From positions 41,141 through 105,140 of the IMG/VR virus record IMGVR_UViG_3300010334_006426: a stretch of DNA of 64,000 nucleotides; one strand, 5' to 3'. Below the pieces are notes generated by a model. The model was not told the DNA's origin, did not search any database, and saw only the letters and a program-made list of their open reading frames with translations. Positions 30,909-41,845 of this stretch are shown one piece after another. This DNA is from a virus. Positions within the stretch are counted from its first letter, which is position 1, and each line of letters opens with the position of its first letter. Both the position numbers and the translations under genes were made by a program.

Positions 30909-32864
30909 ATGATACAAACAACACAAAATATTGCTATTTACAATGATCAGCAGCTAGATTTATGGAGTGATATTATTGTAAGTTTCGAGTACGAGAGGTA
31001 CGCATATAATACTTCAACTACAGGTGGGTTTGCAGTAGTTTTTTTTAACAGTATAGTTGATTTACCTAGAGGTGGAGGTCCAGAATATAGCTTAGGATAT
31101 ACATCTAATACTAGAGCCGAATACTGCTCAAAAGGTGGCTATTCTGGTTTGCAAGCAGCTTTCTTAGGTATTGGATTTGATAATAAAGGATTGTTTGGCG
31201 CCGAAATAGATGGTCATAACGGTATACCTCTATCAGAATTAAACCAGGTCCCTACTATTACTGTAAGAGGCGGTGTAGCGGAAGACTATAATGTTTTAAA
31301 CACATTTAATTTAAATGGTTTGTCTGCATATTCTAATGCATCTACATTTACTATAGATCAAAGTGCGTCATCTACAGGAACTATATTTAAAAGATCAGTA
31401 AGAATTATTCTTAAAAATAATGCAACAAATTTACTTGTACAGTTAAAAAACAATCCAGATACGGAACAATTTGACACTGTTATCGATATGCAGCTTCCTG
31501 AAAAAGCTCGTACCGCCCTAAGAGTGGCTCTTACTAATACTTCTAGTAATAACATTACAAAGTTTAATGTTTTAAACTTTAATACTGCTGGCTTCCCTGG
31601 GGTTACTTCGACACAAAAATTAGATCAGTGCTCTGATGTAATAGTACAAAAGAGTTTTGGTTTAAAAAATAGCGAATTGTGTGCAGGTAATGAATATGTG
31701 ACAACTTCATTACCTAACAAAGTGGTAACATATACTACCGATACTGTTAAATATAATTTAAAAAATATAATTTACACGGGTTCAGGTATAAAAATTACTG
31801 GTTCCTCCGGTGACTATGTTGTAGGTATCTATGAAAACAAGCCTCTAGTTGCTGTATATAAGTATCTTGGAGAAAAATTAGCAAAAAATTTCTTAATAAC
31901 TACACCTGATAACGGTATTCCAACTTGGGCAGATATAGACATGAATACAGGAACGCTTGCCTTGATGACAAGATCAGTATCAGGTGTCGTGTATGTTTAC
32001 AATTATACAAGCGAATCTATGGACCAGGTAAAGATTGGTAAGTTTAATCTCTTTCAAACTATACCATATTCTCCTGCAGTGCATGGTGATTCTGGTTTTC
32101 AAGATAAATTAAAAATAAGCGGAAAAAATTTAATTATTACTGGCGGTAATGAAAAAGTACATACCTATAGAAAGGATATCTCTACTTTGTGGACTTACGG
32201 TCAAAAGTTAAGTGCTACTATTGCAGCTAATTTTATTACCGGATTTGGTGAAGAAATTGCGGTCTCTGGTGATCATCTCTTAGTAGGTGCGCCACAATCA
32301 CAAAAGCTAGCAATACCTGAGCCTACACAGGGAGAGGTATATCATTATGCTTATTCAACAATAGAAAATAAATGGAACTTAGTAATGGCACTTGGAAGTT
32401 TTTACGGTCTCAATACACCTCTAGGAACTTTTGGATCTACTATAGCTTTTGAAGATGATACTTGTGTTGTAGGTAGTCCCGGTGAAGAATATCGCATTGA
32501 TGAAAATAATTCTATAATCAATGTAGGTAGAATACATTTGTTTAGAAAATCTGCTGGTGGTGTGTTTTCACAAGGCGCTTCTATTTCACCAGAAGATAAT
32601 TACATCGAAGCAAATAGTTTCTACGGAACAAAAGTTGCAATTTATGACGGGTATGTTTTTGTTCTTTCACCTTTTACAGAGTTTTACAAAAAATCATATA
32701 TTACAGCTTACAATCTAGATTGTAAATTTAAGTTGCCTCCACCACAAATTAATATTCCTGCATGCGCGCTAATAACCTTTGACAATAGAGCATTTATCTT
32801 GGATAGTATTACAGGAACTTACATGTTATCATATTCCTGCAGAATAGGGGGCGATAACTTTTGA
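30909..32864 (+). CDS. virion protein with L-type lectin-like N-terminus and FG-GAP propeller
   Basis: GGFAVVF...LGY...LGIGFD (legume lectin-like); FGEEIAVSGDHLLVGAP and FGSTIAFEDDTCVVGSP (FG-GAP). Confidence 0.7.
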   Translation: MIQTTQNIAIYNDQQLDLWSDIIVSFEYERYAYNTSTTGGFAVVFFNSIVDLPRGGGPEYSLGYTSNTRAEYCSKGGYSGLQAAFLGIGFDNKGLFGAEIDGHNGIPLSELNQVPTITVRGGVAEDYNVLNTFNLNGLSAYSNASTFTIDQSASSTGTIFKRSVRIILKNNATNLLVQLKNNPDTEQFDTVIDMQLPEKARTALRVALTNTSSNNITKFNVLNFNTAGFPGVTSTQKLDQCSDVIVQKSFGLKNSELCAGNEYVTTSLPNKVVTYTTDTVKYNLKNIIYTGSGIKITGSSGDYVVGIYENKPLVAVYKYLGEKLAKNFLITTPDNGIPTWADIDMNTGTLALMTRSVSGVVYVYNYTSESMDQVKIGKFNLFQTIPYSPAVHGDSGFQDKLKISGKNLIITGGNEKVHTYRKDISTLWTYGQKLSATIAANFITGFGEEIAVSGDHLLVGAPQSQKLAIPEPTQGEVYHYAYSTIENKWNLVMALGSFYGLNTPLGTFGSTIAFEDDTCVVGSPGEEYRIDENNSIINVGRIHLFRKSAGGVFSQGASISPEDNYIEANSFYGTKVAIYDGYVFVLSPFTEFYKKSYITAYNLDCKFKLPPPQINIPACALITFDNRAFILDSITGTYMLSYSCRIGGDNF

Positions 32865-33868
32865 TGAATACCTTAAATTTATCTACATCAGCTAGAATAT
32901 TAATTCCTGCAAATTCAGTAGAATTATCTTCTTACAATTATTGCAACTGGTTAGATCATCACATTTTTAAAGATACAAATCTTTCGCCAACCGGATATGA
33001 TTTTGTATATCCTCAAAGCGCTTACGGGGGTTATTTTTACCCTCGCGCAATTACCTTTGCAAAAGTGGTATCTGGCGGACCTTTTTATGATATTTGTTAT
33101 CAAGATTTTTGTACAGAAATATTTTCTATTAATTCAGTGAATTTATATTGTATTTCTACTGTAGCCTTTATATTGAGTGCGCTAGATGAGTCTAACGCAA
33201 AAATAATAAAATTAATTTACGATTTTGACGATAAAACAGATATGGTTATCAAAAACTATGACTATATTAATCCTTATACTATACCTATTAAGCAGCAAAC
33301 AGTATATCATACGTTTTACCCTAGAGATAATCTTATTACTACCTATCATCCTAAAATTTCTGCAATTTATGAGGACGGCTGCACTTCAACCATAGCCATG
33401 ACCTTGTGCTGTTTTAAATGTGGTATCATAGATGCTTATGAAAACGTAGGATTATTAGATAGCGCTCAAACTAAAGAAGTTAGGAGTATTGTGTTAACAT
33501 TGGAAGATAGAAAAAATAGACAACTATTTACAAATATGCTAGATTTAGATGCTCCTCTACCTCCTTTAACAGCAATACCTCAAGCTCCTGTGACTATACC
33601 TACGCTACCACAGCTCACTATAGTGAAAGCTACTTCAGCAAGGTTGCAATTTATTAATCCGGTAGCGGTTAATATATTCAATTACGAATATATGGAAGGA
33701 CTGGGTATTAATTTGACACCAGACTTATTAGAACTAGCCCCAGGAGATTTGATATATTCGCCGCTTTCTGGAGGCATTATTCTAATAGATGGCTCTGGTG
33801 CACCATATGATGTTGGTGACGGAATACTAATAACCCCGGGAGTAACACGAATTATTCCTATTGATTAA
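32861..33868 (+). CDS. virion structural protein with degenerate PKD-like segment
   Basis: YDFDD...HTFYP segment; shares a C-terminal YxxGxGI motif with neighbouring genes. Confidence 0.55.
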   Translation: MMNTLNLSTSARILIPANSVELSSYNYCNWLDHHIFKDTNLSPTGYDFVYPQSAYGGYFYPRAITFAKVVSGGPFYDICYQDFCTEIFSINSVNLYCISTVAFILSALDESNAKIIKLIYDFDDKTDMVIKNYDYINPYTIPIKQQTVYHTFYPRDNLITTYHPKISAIYEDGCTSTIAMTLCCFKCGIIDAYENVGLLDSAQTKEVRSIVLTLEDRKNRQLFTNMLDLDAPLPPLTAIPQAPVTIPTLPQLTIVKATSARLQFINPVAVNIFNYEYMEGLGINLTPDLLELAPGDLIYSPLSGGIILIDGSGAPYDVGDGILITPGVTRIIPID

Positions 33869-33875
33869 ATAATTT

Positions 33876-36800
33876 ATGCTAGTTAGCTATTTAACAGAAA
33901 CAAATTACACGGGCCTTAGTGCACAGTACCCGTACGATGACAATATTAATTTTCAAAACATTAAGCTTGGCATCGACGGTCGACTATCTATTAATATATC
34001 TCCAGTATTCTGTGAGTTAAATGACTTTAAAAAAAATAACTACAGCTTAATGTATCTCACTAAACAGTCAAGTTTTTTAAATTTGACGGATTTTTATGCT
34101 ATTAAAGACGATACATTAACTAATACTTTAGTAGGTAAGATTTTTAGCAGTGATACTTTTTCTAGCTCTGGTGCGTATTTAAAGTTTGTTGCATCTATCG
34201 ATGATCAAGAATTTTTAGCTGTAAATTACGATCAAAGCTTTGTTATTTTAAATTATGATGATCCTCTTAACATCTTTCATTTTATTAAAAAAGATTCTAT
34301 TTTTTGTAATGTAATGTATTATTATAAGAATAATGAATACTACCTTAATTTTAACCCTGTAACATTAAATTTAAATTTTACTGTTTTATCTGCGTTTAGT
34401 GATGTGAAAGATTATACAAGAAACTTTTATTATACCTATGATGATAAGAGTAACGTATTTACTCTGCAATGTAGAATAAATGGAATAGCTTATAGAGTAA
34501 TTAGAAACTATAATACTTCACGACTGGCTTTGAGTACTATGACTGATATAGATAGATCGGATAAAAGATGCTTGTTTTACCTTTATACAGCAAATAAATT
34601 CTCTACTCCTGAGATTACAATTGACTGGGGAAGCTATCAAAAAAAGTTCAATCAAAACGATCTATTAATTGATGCAACAAGAAGTTTTTATGATACTAAA
34701 TCAAACTTTTTAATACACAGTGAGTATTTTAATTTTAATCGAACTTATCTTCCTTATGATATATTAAGTTTAAAAACTCAACTTAATTCAAAAAATTATG
34801 CAACAAGAGGAAATATTTTTCCTGACGAAGATCAAGTTACTAATAGAGATTATGTGACCATATTTAGCGGTGGAAGACAGGAAAAAGGATACGAAAAATT
34901 ACATTTACAGTATCAAACCTATACCCATCCATATGAATTTATTGCAGGCAAAACAACTTGGTTTCATACACCACAATCAATGCATCCCTATGAAAGAATG
35001 AACATTAATAATACTTCTTTAATAGACGCAGGAGCGGTAGGCGGTGATCATCCCCTTAGAAGCGATAAAGTTTTTAAAAAACTAGGCAATTATAAAAATA
35101 CTGCAAATTTCGGCAATAGCACTAGCGAGCAAACCGGACAATGGCTTTGTTCCTGGTTGTCCGCTGCCCCGGATATAAATGTAAAACCTGTCTGGGTGGA
35201 TAGATTTTTTAACCCCTCTAAGCTAACACCTTTTCAAGCTTTATCTGCATCACCCGGGTCTATTATCTACAATCCTTCTTATAACTGTTATTTAAGCGAG
35301 GGTATTTACGATGCACCGTCAAGTTTAACTTTTGAACCGGGTAACCTATATGCTTATTCTAGGCTAGGCAGAATAGATGCTCAGCAAAATATATTAGCAT
35401 TAAATGAAAGCTTGCAAATAAAAAATTTCTCTGATTACAGAAGACTAGACGGTAAAGATCTTCAAGAAGAAGTTAGGGATAATATGTCTACTTTTACTTT
35501 TGACAGTGATAGTTATAGCGTAGTGAATGTTGAAAGCTTTAAATCGGAGCTAAACGTTTTTTCAGTAGGATTTTGGGCTTACAGAGAAAACTGGTCAGAA
35601 CCATGCGGTTTTCAGTTAGGCGGTAATTATACTGACTACGGTTTAGGTATTTTTAATTACGAGTACGTTAATCCTTTATTAATGTATATATCTACTGTAA
35701 ACGGACAGAGCGTTGTAAATGCATATAACAGCAATTTAGAATTAGTTAATGTTTATAATGCCAATGGTTTAATAGTAGATAAAATTGATTATTTTGCGCG
35801 GCGAGATGTATTGAATTCATTTCATTTATTTTCCAGTCTGTCTAGCGTATATGAACTCAACTTGCAAGAAGCTATAATAGATTCTGCTAAATTGCCAAGT
35901 AGAATTAGAAGAGCAACAAATGACGACAAATACTGCTATATGCTTTTAGATGGTACACCAAACATATACAAATTAAATCTATTGACTAATGAAATATTCT
36001 TAACAGCTGCAAACTTTAATCTTAATTTAAATCAAATCATAGATCCGCCTTTAAAAGATTTTTATATATCTAATGCAACAATAGCTGTTACTAACGATAG
36101 TAAGGTTATTCTACTATCTACTTACGGAGTTACCGAGCCTAGGGTAATAAGCAATTATCTTTATTTTCTAGATGATGTTGATACACGGGGAGGTACATTA
36201 AAAGTATGGGATACTACTACTAATACCAAAGTTATTAGTTCAGTTATACCGGCAAAAAGATTCTACACATACTTTAATATTGATAAAAACTGTAATTTAT
36301 GGTGTGTTAGCGGGACAAAGATTGATATATACAAACAATATGGCTTATTAGACAGATCTATATCATTAACTAATAGCCTATCTTCCTATGGTAATTTTAG
36401 TATACTAAATGTTACTTTTACAGATAATTTTGTAGATGGTGAGCTTGTAAATGATACCTTTATAACTACTACCGGTGTTGCAAATAATACATATTACATC
36501 TCTAAGCTGGATGACCAGGGTAACGTTGTTAAGACTGTATCTTTTTATACTTCTAATTTTAAAAATATAGATCCTAGTAATCACAGCTTTTTTTACTCGC
36601 GTAATGTAGTAGAGCAAAACAAATATACATTTAAAGCTAGGCTGTATAATCAGTTTGATACGGAAGATTCTATAATACTAAATTTACCAGTTTTAAATGC
36701 CGATTTAAACCCTGGCTATCATCATTTTGCTATAACTGTAGACTGTCTTAATGGTAAGGCTAATTTATATGTAGATAATGAAGTTTATGTTTCACAAGAT

Positions 36801-37331
36801 TTTACCCCGGGTAAGTTTTTATTTGCTTCTTTATTAGAGGATAATCTTGTTGTGGGTGCTACTCCTTTCTATAACGGTGCATTGTTAGATACATTTCTAA
36901 GTAAAAAAATAGACAATAACTTCTATACAGTAAAAGATTTGAAAATACAGAATTTTTATTGGTTTAATAAAATACTTAACTATTTTGACATTAGTATGCT
37001 ATACAAAGAGAAATACGAACCAGATAATTTGTTATGGGATGTCCCTTGCGGTAGACGTAATTTTAACGAGACAATATCTAGATATTTTAGAAATAAAGTA
37101 CCTGGTGCAAAAAGTACATTAATAAATGTTTATGTAAATTCTGGTGTCTTGGACGAAAAAAGCAAAAATATTTTAGAGCCTGAATTAATACAGAGAATAT
37201 CTAAAAATATACCTAGCTATACCAAATTAAATAAATTTATATGGACTACAAATCTACCAGGTCTTACCGCCGCTTCACAACAGCCTTATTATCCTGGAAA
37301 CACTATAACAAACGCGGGGTTCAGTAGATGA
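33876..37331 (+). CDS. large virion protein with split LamG/ConA-like domain and propeller insert
   Basis: FSVGFW...(about 350 aa)...YHHFAITVD..G.ANLYVD...LVVGA...IQNFYWFNKIL. Confidence 0.65.
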   Translation: MLVSYLTETNYTGLSAQYPYDDNINFQNIKLGIDGRLSINISPVFCELNDFKKNNYSLMYLTKQSSFLNLTDFYAIKDDTLTNTLVGKIFSSDTFSSSGAYLKFVASIDDQEFLAVNYDQSFVILNYDDPLNIFHFIKKDSIFCNVMYYYKNNEYYLNFNPVTLNLNFTVLSAFSDVKDYTRNFYYTYDDKSNVFTLQCRINGIAYRVIRNYNTSRLALSTMTDIDRSDKRCLFYLYTANKFSTPEITIDWGSYQKKFNQNDLLIDATRSFYDTKSNFLIHSEYFNFNRTYLPYDILSLKTQLNSKNYATRGNIFPDEDQVTNRDYVTIFSGGRQEKGYEKLHLQYQTYTHPYEFIAGKTTWFHTPQSMHPYERMNINNTSLIDAGAVGGDHPLRSDKVFKKLGNYKNTANFGNSTSEQTGQWLCSWLSAAPDINVKPVWVDRFFNPSKLTPFQALSASPGSIIYNPSYNCYLSEGIYDAPSSLTFEPGNLYAYSRLGRIDAQQNILALNESLQIKNFSDYRRLDGKDLQEEVRDNMSTFTFDSDSYSVVNVESFKSELNVFSVGFWAYRENWSEPCGFQLGGNYTDYGLGIFNYEYVNPLLMYISTVNGQSVVNAYNSNLELVNVYNANGLIVDKIDYFARRDVLNSFHLFSSLSSVYELNLQEAIIDSAKLPSRIRRATNDDKYCYMLLDGTPNIYKLNLLTNEIFLTAANFNLNLNQIIDPPLKDFYISNATIAVTNDSKVILLSTYGVTEPRVISNYLYFLDDVDTRGGTLKVWDTTTNTKVISSVIPAKRFYTYFNIDKNCNLWCVSGTKIDIYKQYGLLDRSISLTNSLSSYGNFSILNVTFTDNFVDGELVNDTFITTTGVANNTYYISKLDDQGNVVKTVSFYTSNFKNIDPSNHSFFYSRNVVEQNKYTFKARLYNQFDTEDSIILNLPVLNADLNPGYHHFAITVDCLNGKANLYVDNEVYVSQDFTPGKFLFASLLEDNLVVGATPFYNGALLDTFLSKKIDNNFYTVKDLKIQNFYWFNKILNYFDISMLYKEKYEPDNLLWDVPCGRRNFNETISRYFRNKVPGAKSTLINVYVNSGVLDEKSKNILEPELIQRISKNIPSYTKLNKFIWTTNLPGLTAASQQPYYPGNTITNAGFSR

Positions 37332-39055
37332 AGCCAATTTCTATAGAGTTTGAAAATTCGAGATTTTTATATGATAGACATCCTTCCGACTCATTTCAAC
37401 TACCTAATTCACTAGAGTCAATCGTTATACAGCCAAACGAATTAGCTGTTGCATCAACTTTTAATTTAAAAATAAAAAAACTTTATGATAATTTTCTTTA
37501 TTTGTATGGTTTATGCTTTATGTCTGGGTTTGATTTAAACGAGAACTATAAAGGATGGTATGATGAAATTTATGGATTTAATCCAAAGAAAACTAGAGAT
37601 CCACTAGTAGCAACGTCAGGTAAAACCTCTGCCTTGAGCTCAAGTAATAAAGCTATATCATTCTATGATCCAAGCAAACCATTTTTTGTTAATACAATTT
37701 TTACAACAAATACTACGGTAGGACTAATAACATTTGAAAAAATTATAGAAGATTTAGACTATTTATATTCACCGCTAGCACTAACATTGACGCAAAACCT
37801 TGTACCCGGGTCAGCTGAATATAATAGCGTTGTTAATAGTATAGCACAAAGAAGAGAGTATATTGATAGCTACAGGGCTAATATTAGATTTACACAGACT
37901 AGTATAGATCCATTATCTGGATCTATATCTTTTGCTAAAATGGGTGGCGTTATACAGCAAAATAATGAAAACTTGTTTATTACAGATACTGTTTATAACA
38001 ATATTTACAGCTTTAATTTAAAAGATGCAGCTGGCGATGATAACATAAAGCAAAATATTCTTTTTCAAAAAAATCTAGTTGGAGGTACCGGTACTGTAGA
38101 AGATAAGATAAAATTCAACAGTCCAACTTTACTTGTTAATATTGATGATCATATCTTAGTAATAGATTCAAAAAACTCATGTTTCAAAGTTTATGATAAA
38201 AATTTAAATTGGGTATCTACAGTAACGCAGGCAGTATTTTTTAAGAAATATTCAGAAATAACAGCTGCAGCTTATCATGCAAGTTCGAGCAAATTAATTT
38301 TAGGAGCCGGTCAAGCATTGCATTTATTTAAAATTATAGATTTAGACACTATTATATTTGAAAAAACTGTAAGCATATACATATCCAATGACCCTACAGA
38401 TAAGATTATTGATTTAAAATTTGCAAACTACGAAGATAATATTTTATATGTTCTTACTACTAAAAACATAATGAAGAAATGGATTACAAAATTAGAGAAA
38501 AATATTCTATATTTTGGTACTCCGAACAACGCTGCATTACAATATTTTTGGCAAGTTTTATCACCCTATAGCAAAGATATAGATATTATGTTAATAAGAG
38601 CAGGTAATAATACGCAAAGCTTAATTCTAGTTGTTGAGGAGGGATTAAGCCTCAAGAGCCTTTTGAAACAGGATGATTTTAATGTATACTCAAGAAATGA
38701 AGTATGTCTTAATGGTGATGAATATAATTGTGCCTGGACATACAACAAAAGCTTAAAGAAACTCTTGTATAACCTAAATCTTTTAGCCTCTAATATTACA
38801 TACAGATTTTATACTAAAGAAAATGAAGTCACTAGTGCTACTTCGTTTATTTTTAAAACATATAATAATCTAATAACTGAAAGAGTTATTAAAGATACTA
38901 ACAAATATTCCAATATTTTTGTCAACGAAAATTTTCAATCCGAAGCTATTAATAGATGTTTTAATCAATTATATGATTATCAAAACTATATTTTAACCAG
39001 TCTTACAAATAATACACCATTTAATGTTGATTTGACGCCCTATAGGGTAATGTAG
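37328..39055 (+). CDS. virion protein with NHL-like repeats
   Basis: LFITDTVYNNIY, KFNSP, ILVIDSKNSCFKVYD. Confidence 0.6.
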   Translation: MKPISIEFENSRFLYDRHPSDSFQLPNSLESIVIQPNELAVASTFNLKIKKLYDNFLYLYGLCFMSGFDLNENYKGWYDEIYGFNPKKTRDPLVATSGKTSALSSSNKAISFYDPSKPFFVNTIFTTNTTVGLITFEKIIEDLDYLYSPLALTLTQNLVPGSAEYNSVVNSIAQRREYIDSYRANIRFTQTSIDPLSGSISFAKMGGVIQQNNENLFITDTVYNNIYSFNLKDAAGDDNIKQNILFQKNLVGGTGTVEDKIKFNSPTLLVNIDDHILVIDSKNSCFKVYDKNLNWVSTVTQAVFFKKYSEITAAAYHASSSKLILGAGQALHLFKIIDLDTIIFEKTVSIYISNDPTDKIIDLKFANYEDNILYVLTTKNIMKKWITKLEKNILYFGTPNNAALQYFWQVLSPYSKDIDIMLIRAGNNTQSLILVVEEGLSLKSLLKQDDFNVYSRNEVCLNGDEYNCAWTYNKSLKKLLYNLNLLASNITYRFYTKENEVTSATSFIFKTYNNLITERVIKDTNKYSNIFVNENFQSEAINRCFNQLYDYQNYILTSLTNNTPFNVDLTPYRVM

Positions 39056-39085
39056 ACGTTTTTTTAATAAATATATAGGAGACTT

Positions 39086-39841
39086 ATGGCAGGATCATAC
39101 ATTTTTCATAGCAAGCTTCACAGGGCAAGTCACCATACTCTATCTGGTACTGGATTGCCTGATGCAGGCTTAGATCCAATAGCATCAAGGGATCAGCCCT
39201 TTTTGGGTGTGTTTTATAATGTTTTGCCAGATGAAAATGGTTCTCTATCAATAACTACAGATAGCATACAGTGGTGGTCAACCTATTCCACTGTAAACTC
39301 ACTTTCTAGTATATGGGCTCCAACAGCATCTGTGTATACAACTGTAAGTTCTTTTTCAGCAAATTGGTCATTAGGTTATAATGGCTATACAACTTTTAAG
39401 CCTAACAGTTCAAAATATGAAAGTGTTTACTCTACTGTGTGTGCTTTTAGTGCGCAGTGGAGTGCACCTAATATAATGTTTACTAATAAAGTTCAAGAAT
39501 ACACAGCAGCTAAAACATTTTCTGGAACTAATCTAACTTATAATCCATTAATAGGAAATGTTGTCTGGGATGTATCTGTAAATCAAATAACATTTTTAAA
39601 TTTGAATAATGATGTTACTCTTAGTGTTTTGAGCGCCAGGAAAGGCGGTGTTTATATTTTAAACATTATTCAGGATAGTATTGGCGGGCATGATATTGTG
39701 TTTGATCCTATTTTTAGATTTAATAGCACATACAATTTACAAGGTGTTATTGCAACAGACCCAAACAGTAGAACTATAATAACTTTTGTATATGACGGTA
39801 ACTTAATGTACGGTCATAGAGCAAATTACTACGTACCATGA
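39086..39841 (+). CDS. fibre-like structural protein
   Basis: His-rich N-terminus FHSKLHRASHHT, W/S/Y coiled-coil repeats, small C-terminal beta domain. AGGAG SD. Confidence 0.6.
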   Translation: MAGSYIFHSKLHRASHHTLSGTGLPDAGLDPIASRDQPFLGVFYNVLPDENGSLSITTDSIQWWSTYSTVNSLSSIWAPTASVYTTVSSFSANWSLGYNGYTTFKPNSSKYESVYSTVCAFSAQWSAPNIMFTNKVQEYTAAKTFSGTNLTYNPLIGNVVWDVSVNQITFLNLNNDVTLSVLSARKGGVYILNIIQDSIGGHDIVFDPIFRFNSTYNLQGVIATDPNSRTIITFVYDGNLMYGHRANYYVP

Positions 39842-41838
39842 GTAATTTTCTATACCATAACAAATACCACAGGACCATACACCACACATTACCTACTCCA
39901 GGCATACCAGATAGTGCGACGGATCCAATAGCATCTAAAACAGACCCGTTCTTAGGGACGTTTCATAATTTTATTGATGTAATGAATTTAGATACAATAC
40001 CTATTGATGTAAGGTATTTGCTAACTTTTGATGACAATTATATTACTAATTTTAACAATTTGTCTGTTAATACTCTTGATAGTATATTTTTAAATCTAAC
40101 TGCATCAGCTTATGGTAATAGCTACGACTGGTACAGAGTCAGGACTTTAATACAAAATTTAAGCAGTGATTATAATTTGTATCCGCTTTTTAAAGACCAT
40201 GTTAATAGTTTAAGCGGTGAATGGAGCTTAGGATTTAATTTTTACACAAATTTATCCGCAACAAGCTCTAGATATGAATCTGTATATTCTTTAGTTAATT
40301 ATAATAGCGCAAGCTGGCCATTTATTGATACTACACTGAGAACAGATTTAGTACAAGAAAATACTAGAAGTAAAAATTTTGCTATGGTAAATATCTCAAC
40401 ACCAGATACAAATATTTATTGGGATCTTTCCTCGCAACAAGTAGCTTTTGTAAGTCTATCTGCAAATTCTGTATTAAAAAACATATTAAACCCTGCCACT
40501 AAGAAAAAAGGCGGTGAATATTATTTGGTTATACAGCAAGATGGCTATGGGTCAAAAATATTAACTTTTGAAAGTGATTATAAATTTTTATGCTCAGATC
40601 TTGCCCCTGTTATATCACAACGTTTTGTTTCATTTTCTAGTAAGGAAGTTTGGACTTCTGTATTTTATGGTAGCGGTTGTTGGGTAGCTGTACCCTATAA
40701 CTCTTTTAAGGCCTCTAAATCTCGAGACGGAATAACCTGGGTAGGTACTCCTTTACCCGCAGTAAGAAATTGGAGATCAATAGTATTTGGTGTTAGTGCA
40801 TGGGTAGCAGTTGCCGATTCTTCTTCGGTTGGTGCTAGGTCTATAGATAGTGGCAATCTATGGTCAAATACTTTTTTACCAACTAAAAGACAATGGACAT
40901 CTGTAGGTTTTGGTAAAAATACTTTTGTAGCTGTTGCATCAGCTTCTGATAAAGGTGCAAAATCGATTGATTTTGGTAAAACTTGGACTGAAATTACATT
41001 ACCTTATGTTTTACCGTGGAGCTCAGTAAAATATGGTGACGGGGTATGGGTTGCAGTGGCTGGTGGCGGGGTAGCCGGTGACACATTAACTGATCTTGGC
41101 GCTATTTCTTACGATAATGGTAACACTTGGGCTTCCTTCAATTTACCTAGTTCGCGTATGTGGTCTGATGTTGCTTATGGCGAGGATTACTGGGTAGCTG
41201 TAGCAAAAAATTCTAATATAGTTGCATTATCATCGAGATTAGAGGGCGATGGCTGGTTTGATCATGTTATAACTAATGCTTCAGTGAGCGGCTTTTCTTC
41301 TGTTGCACATGGTAATGATACTTTTGTTGCGACAAGCTTAGAGCCATCGCAAGCAATACTTTATTCAACAGATAGTAAAATATGGACTATTAATAATACA
41401 GTACGAAAGACTTTATTCGATGTAAATTATGGCGGGTCGAGTCTTCAAGGCAGTTTTATAGCAGTAGGCGGTGACCAAGGTAGTACAATATTTAAATCTG
41501 CAAGTAGCAGTTATACAAATTACAAAATAGATGCAATAGATACACCTATTACGGCTACAGGTGTATTAACAGCAGCATTAGGTGTAACTGTTATAAAGTT
41601 TATTTGTGACGGTATAAACTTATACGGTATTCCTAGTATTTATTACGTATCTAGAGGTCCTGTATGGACTTATTTCGCTGGACCTGGTATTATTTTAGTT
41701 TCTAACCCAACTGATTTGTTTGTTGATGAGGGGTTAATACCCGTTGGTGGCGTTACTACTGCAGGATCAGTTGTTGTAGATGAAGGATTTTCGGACGGCG
41801 GCGGAATTTTAATTTTGTCCGGTACCCCTATACCATAA
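39838..41838 (+). CDS. paralog of 39086..39841 with an inserted BNR/Asp-box beta-propeller
   Basis: Same N-terminal YHNKYHRTIHHT..PD...DPIAS..PFLG; repeats W.SV.YG.G.WVAV and S.D.G.TW. Confidence 0.7.
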   Translation: MSNFLYHNKYHRTIHHTLPTPGIPDSATDPIASKTDPFLGTFHNFIDVMNLDTIPIDVRYLLTFDDNYITNFNNLSVNTLDSIFLNLTASAYGNSYDWYRVRTLIQNLSSDYNLYPLFKDHVNSLSGEWSLGFNFYTNLSATSSRYESVYSLVNYNSASWPFIDTTLRTDLVQENTRSKNFAMVNISTPDTNIYWDLSSQQVAFVSLSANSVLKNILNPATKKKGGEYYLVIQQDGYGSKILTFESDYKFLCSDLAPVISQRFVSFSSKEVWTSVFYGSGCWVAVPYNSFKASKSRDGITWVGTPLPAVRNWRSIVFGVSAWVAVADSSSVGARSIDSGNLWSNTFLPTKRQWTSVGFGKNTFVAVASASDKGAKSIDFGKTWTEITLPYVLPWSSVKYGDGVWVAVAGGGVAGDTLTDLGAISYDNGNTWASFNLPSSRMWSDVAYGEDYWVAVAKNSNIVALSSRLEGDGWFDHVITNASVSGFSSVAHGNDTFVATSLEPSQAILYSTDSKIWTINNTVRKTLFDVNYGGSSLQGSFIAVGGDQGSTIFKSASSSYTNYKIDAIDTPITATGVLTAALGVTVIKFICDGINLYGIPSIYYVSRGPVWTYFAGPGIILVSNPTDLFVDEGLIPVGGVTTAGSVVVDEGFSDGGGILILSGTPIP

Positions 41839-41845
41839 ATAATAT

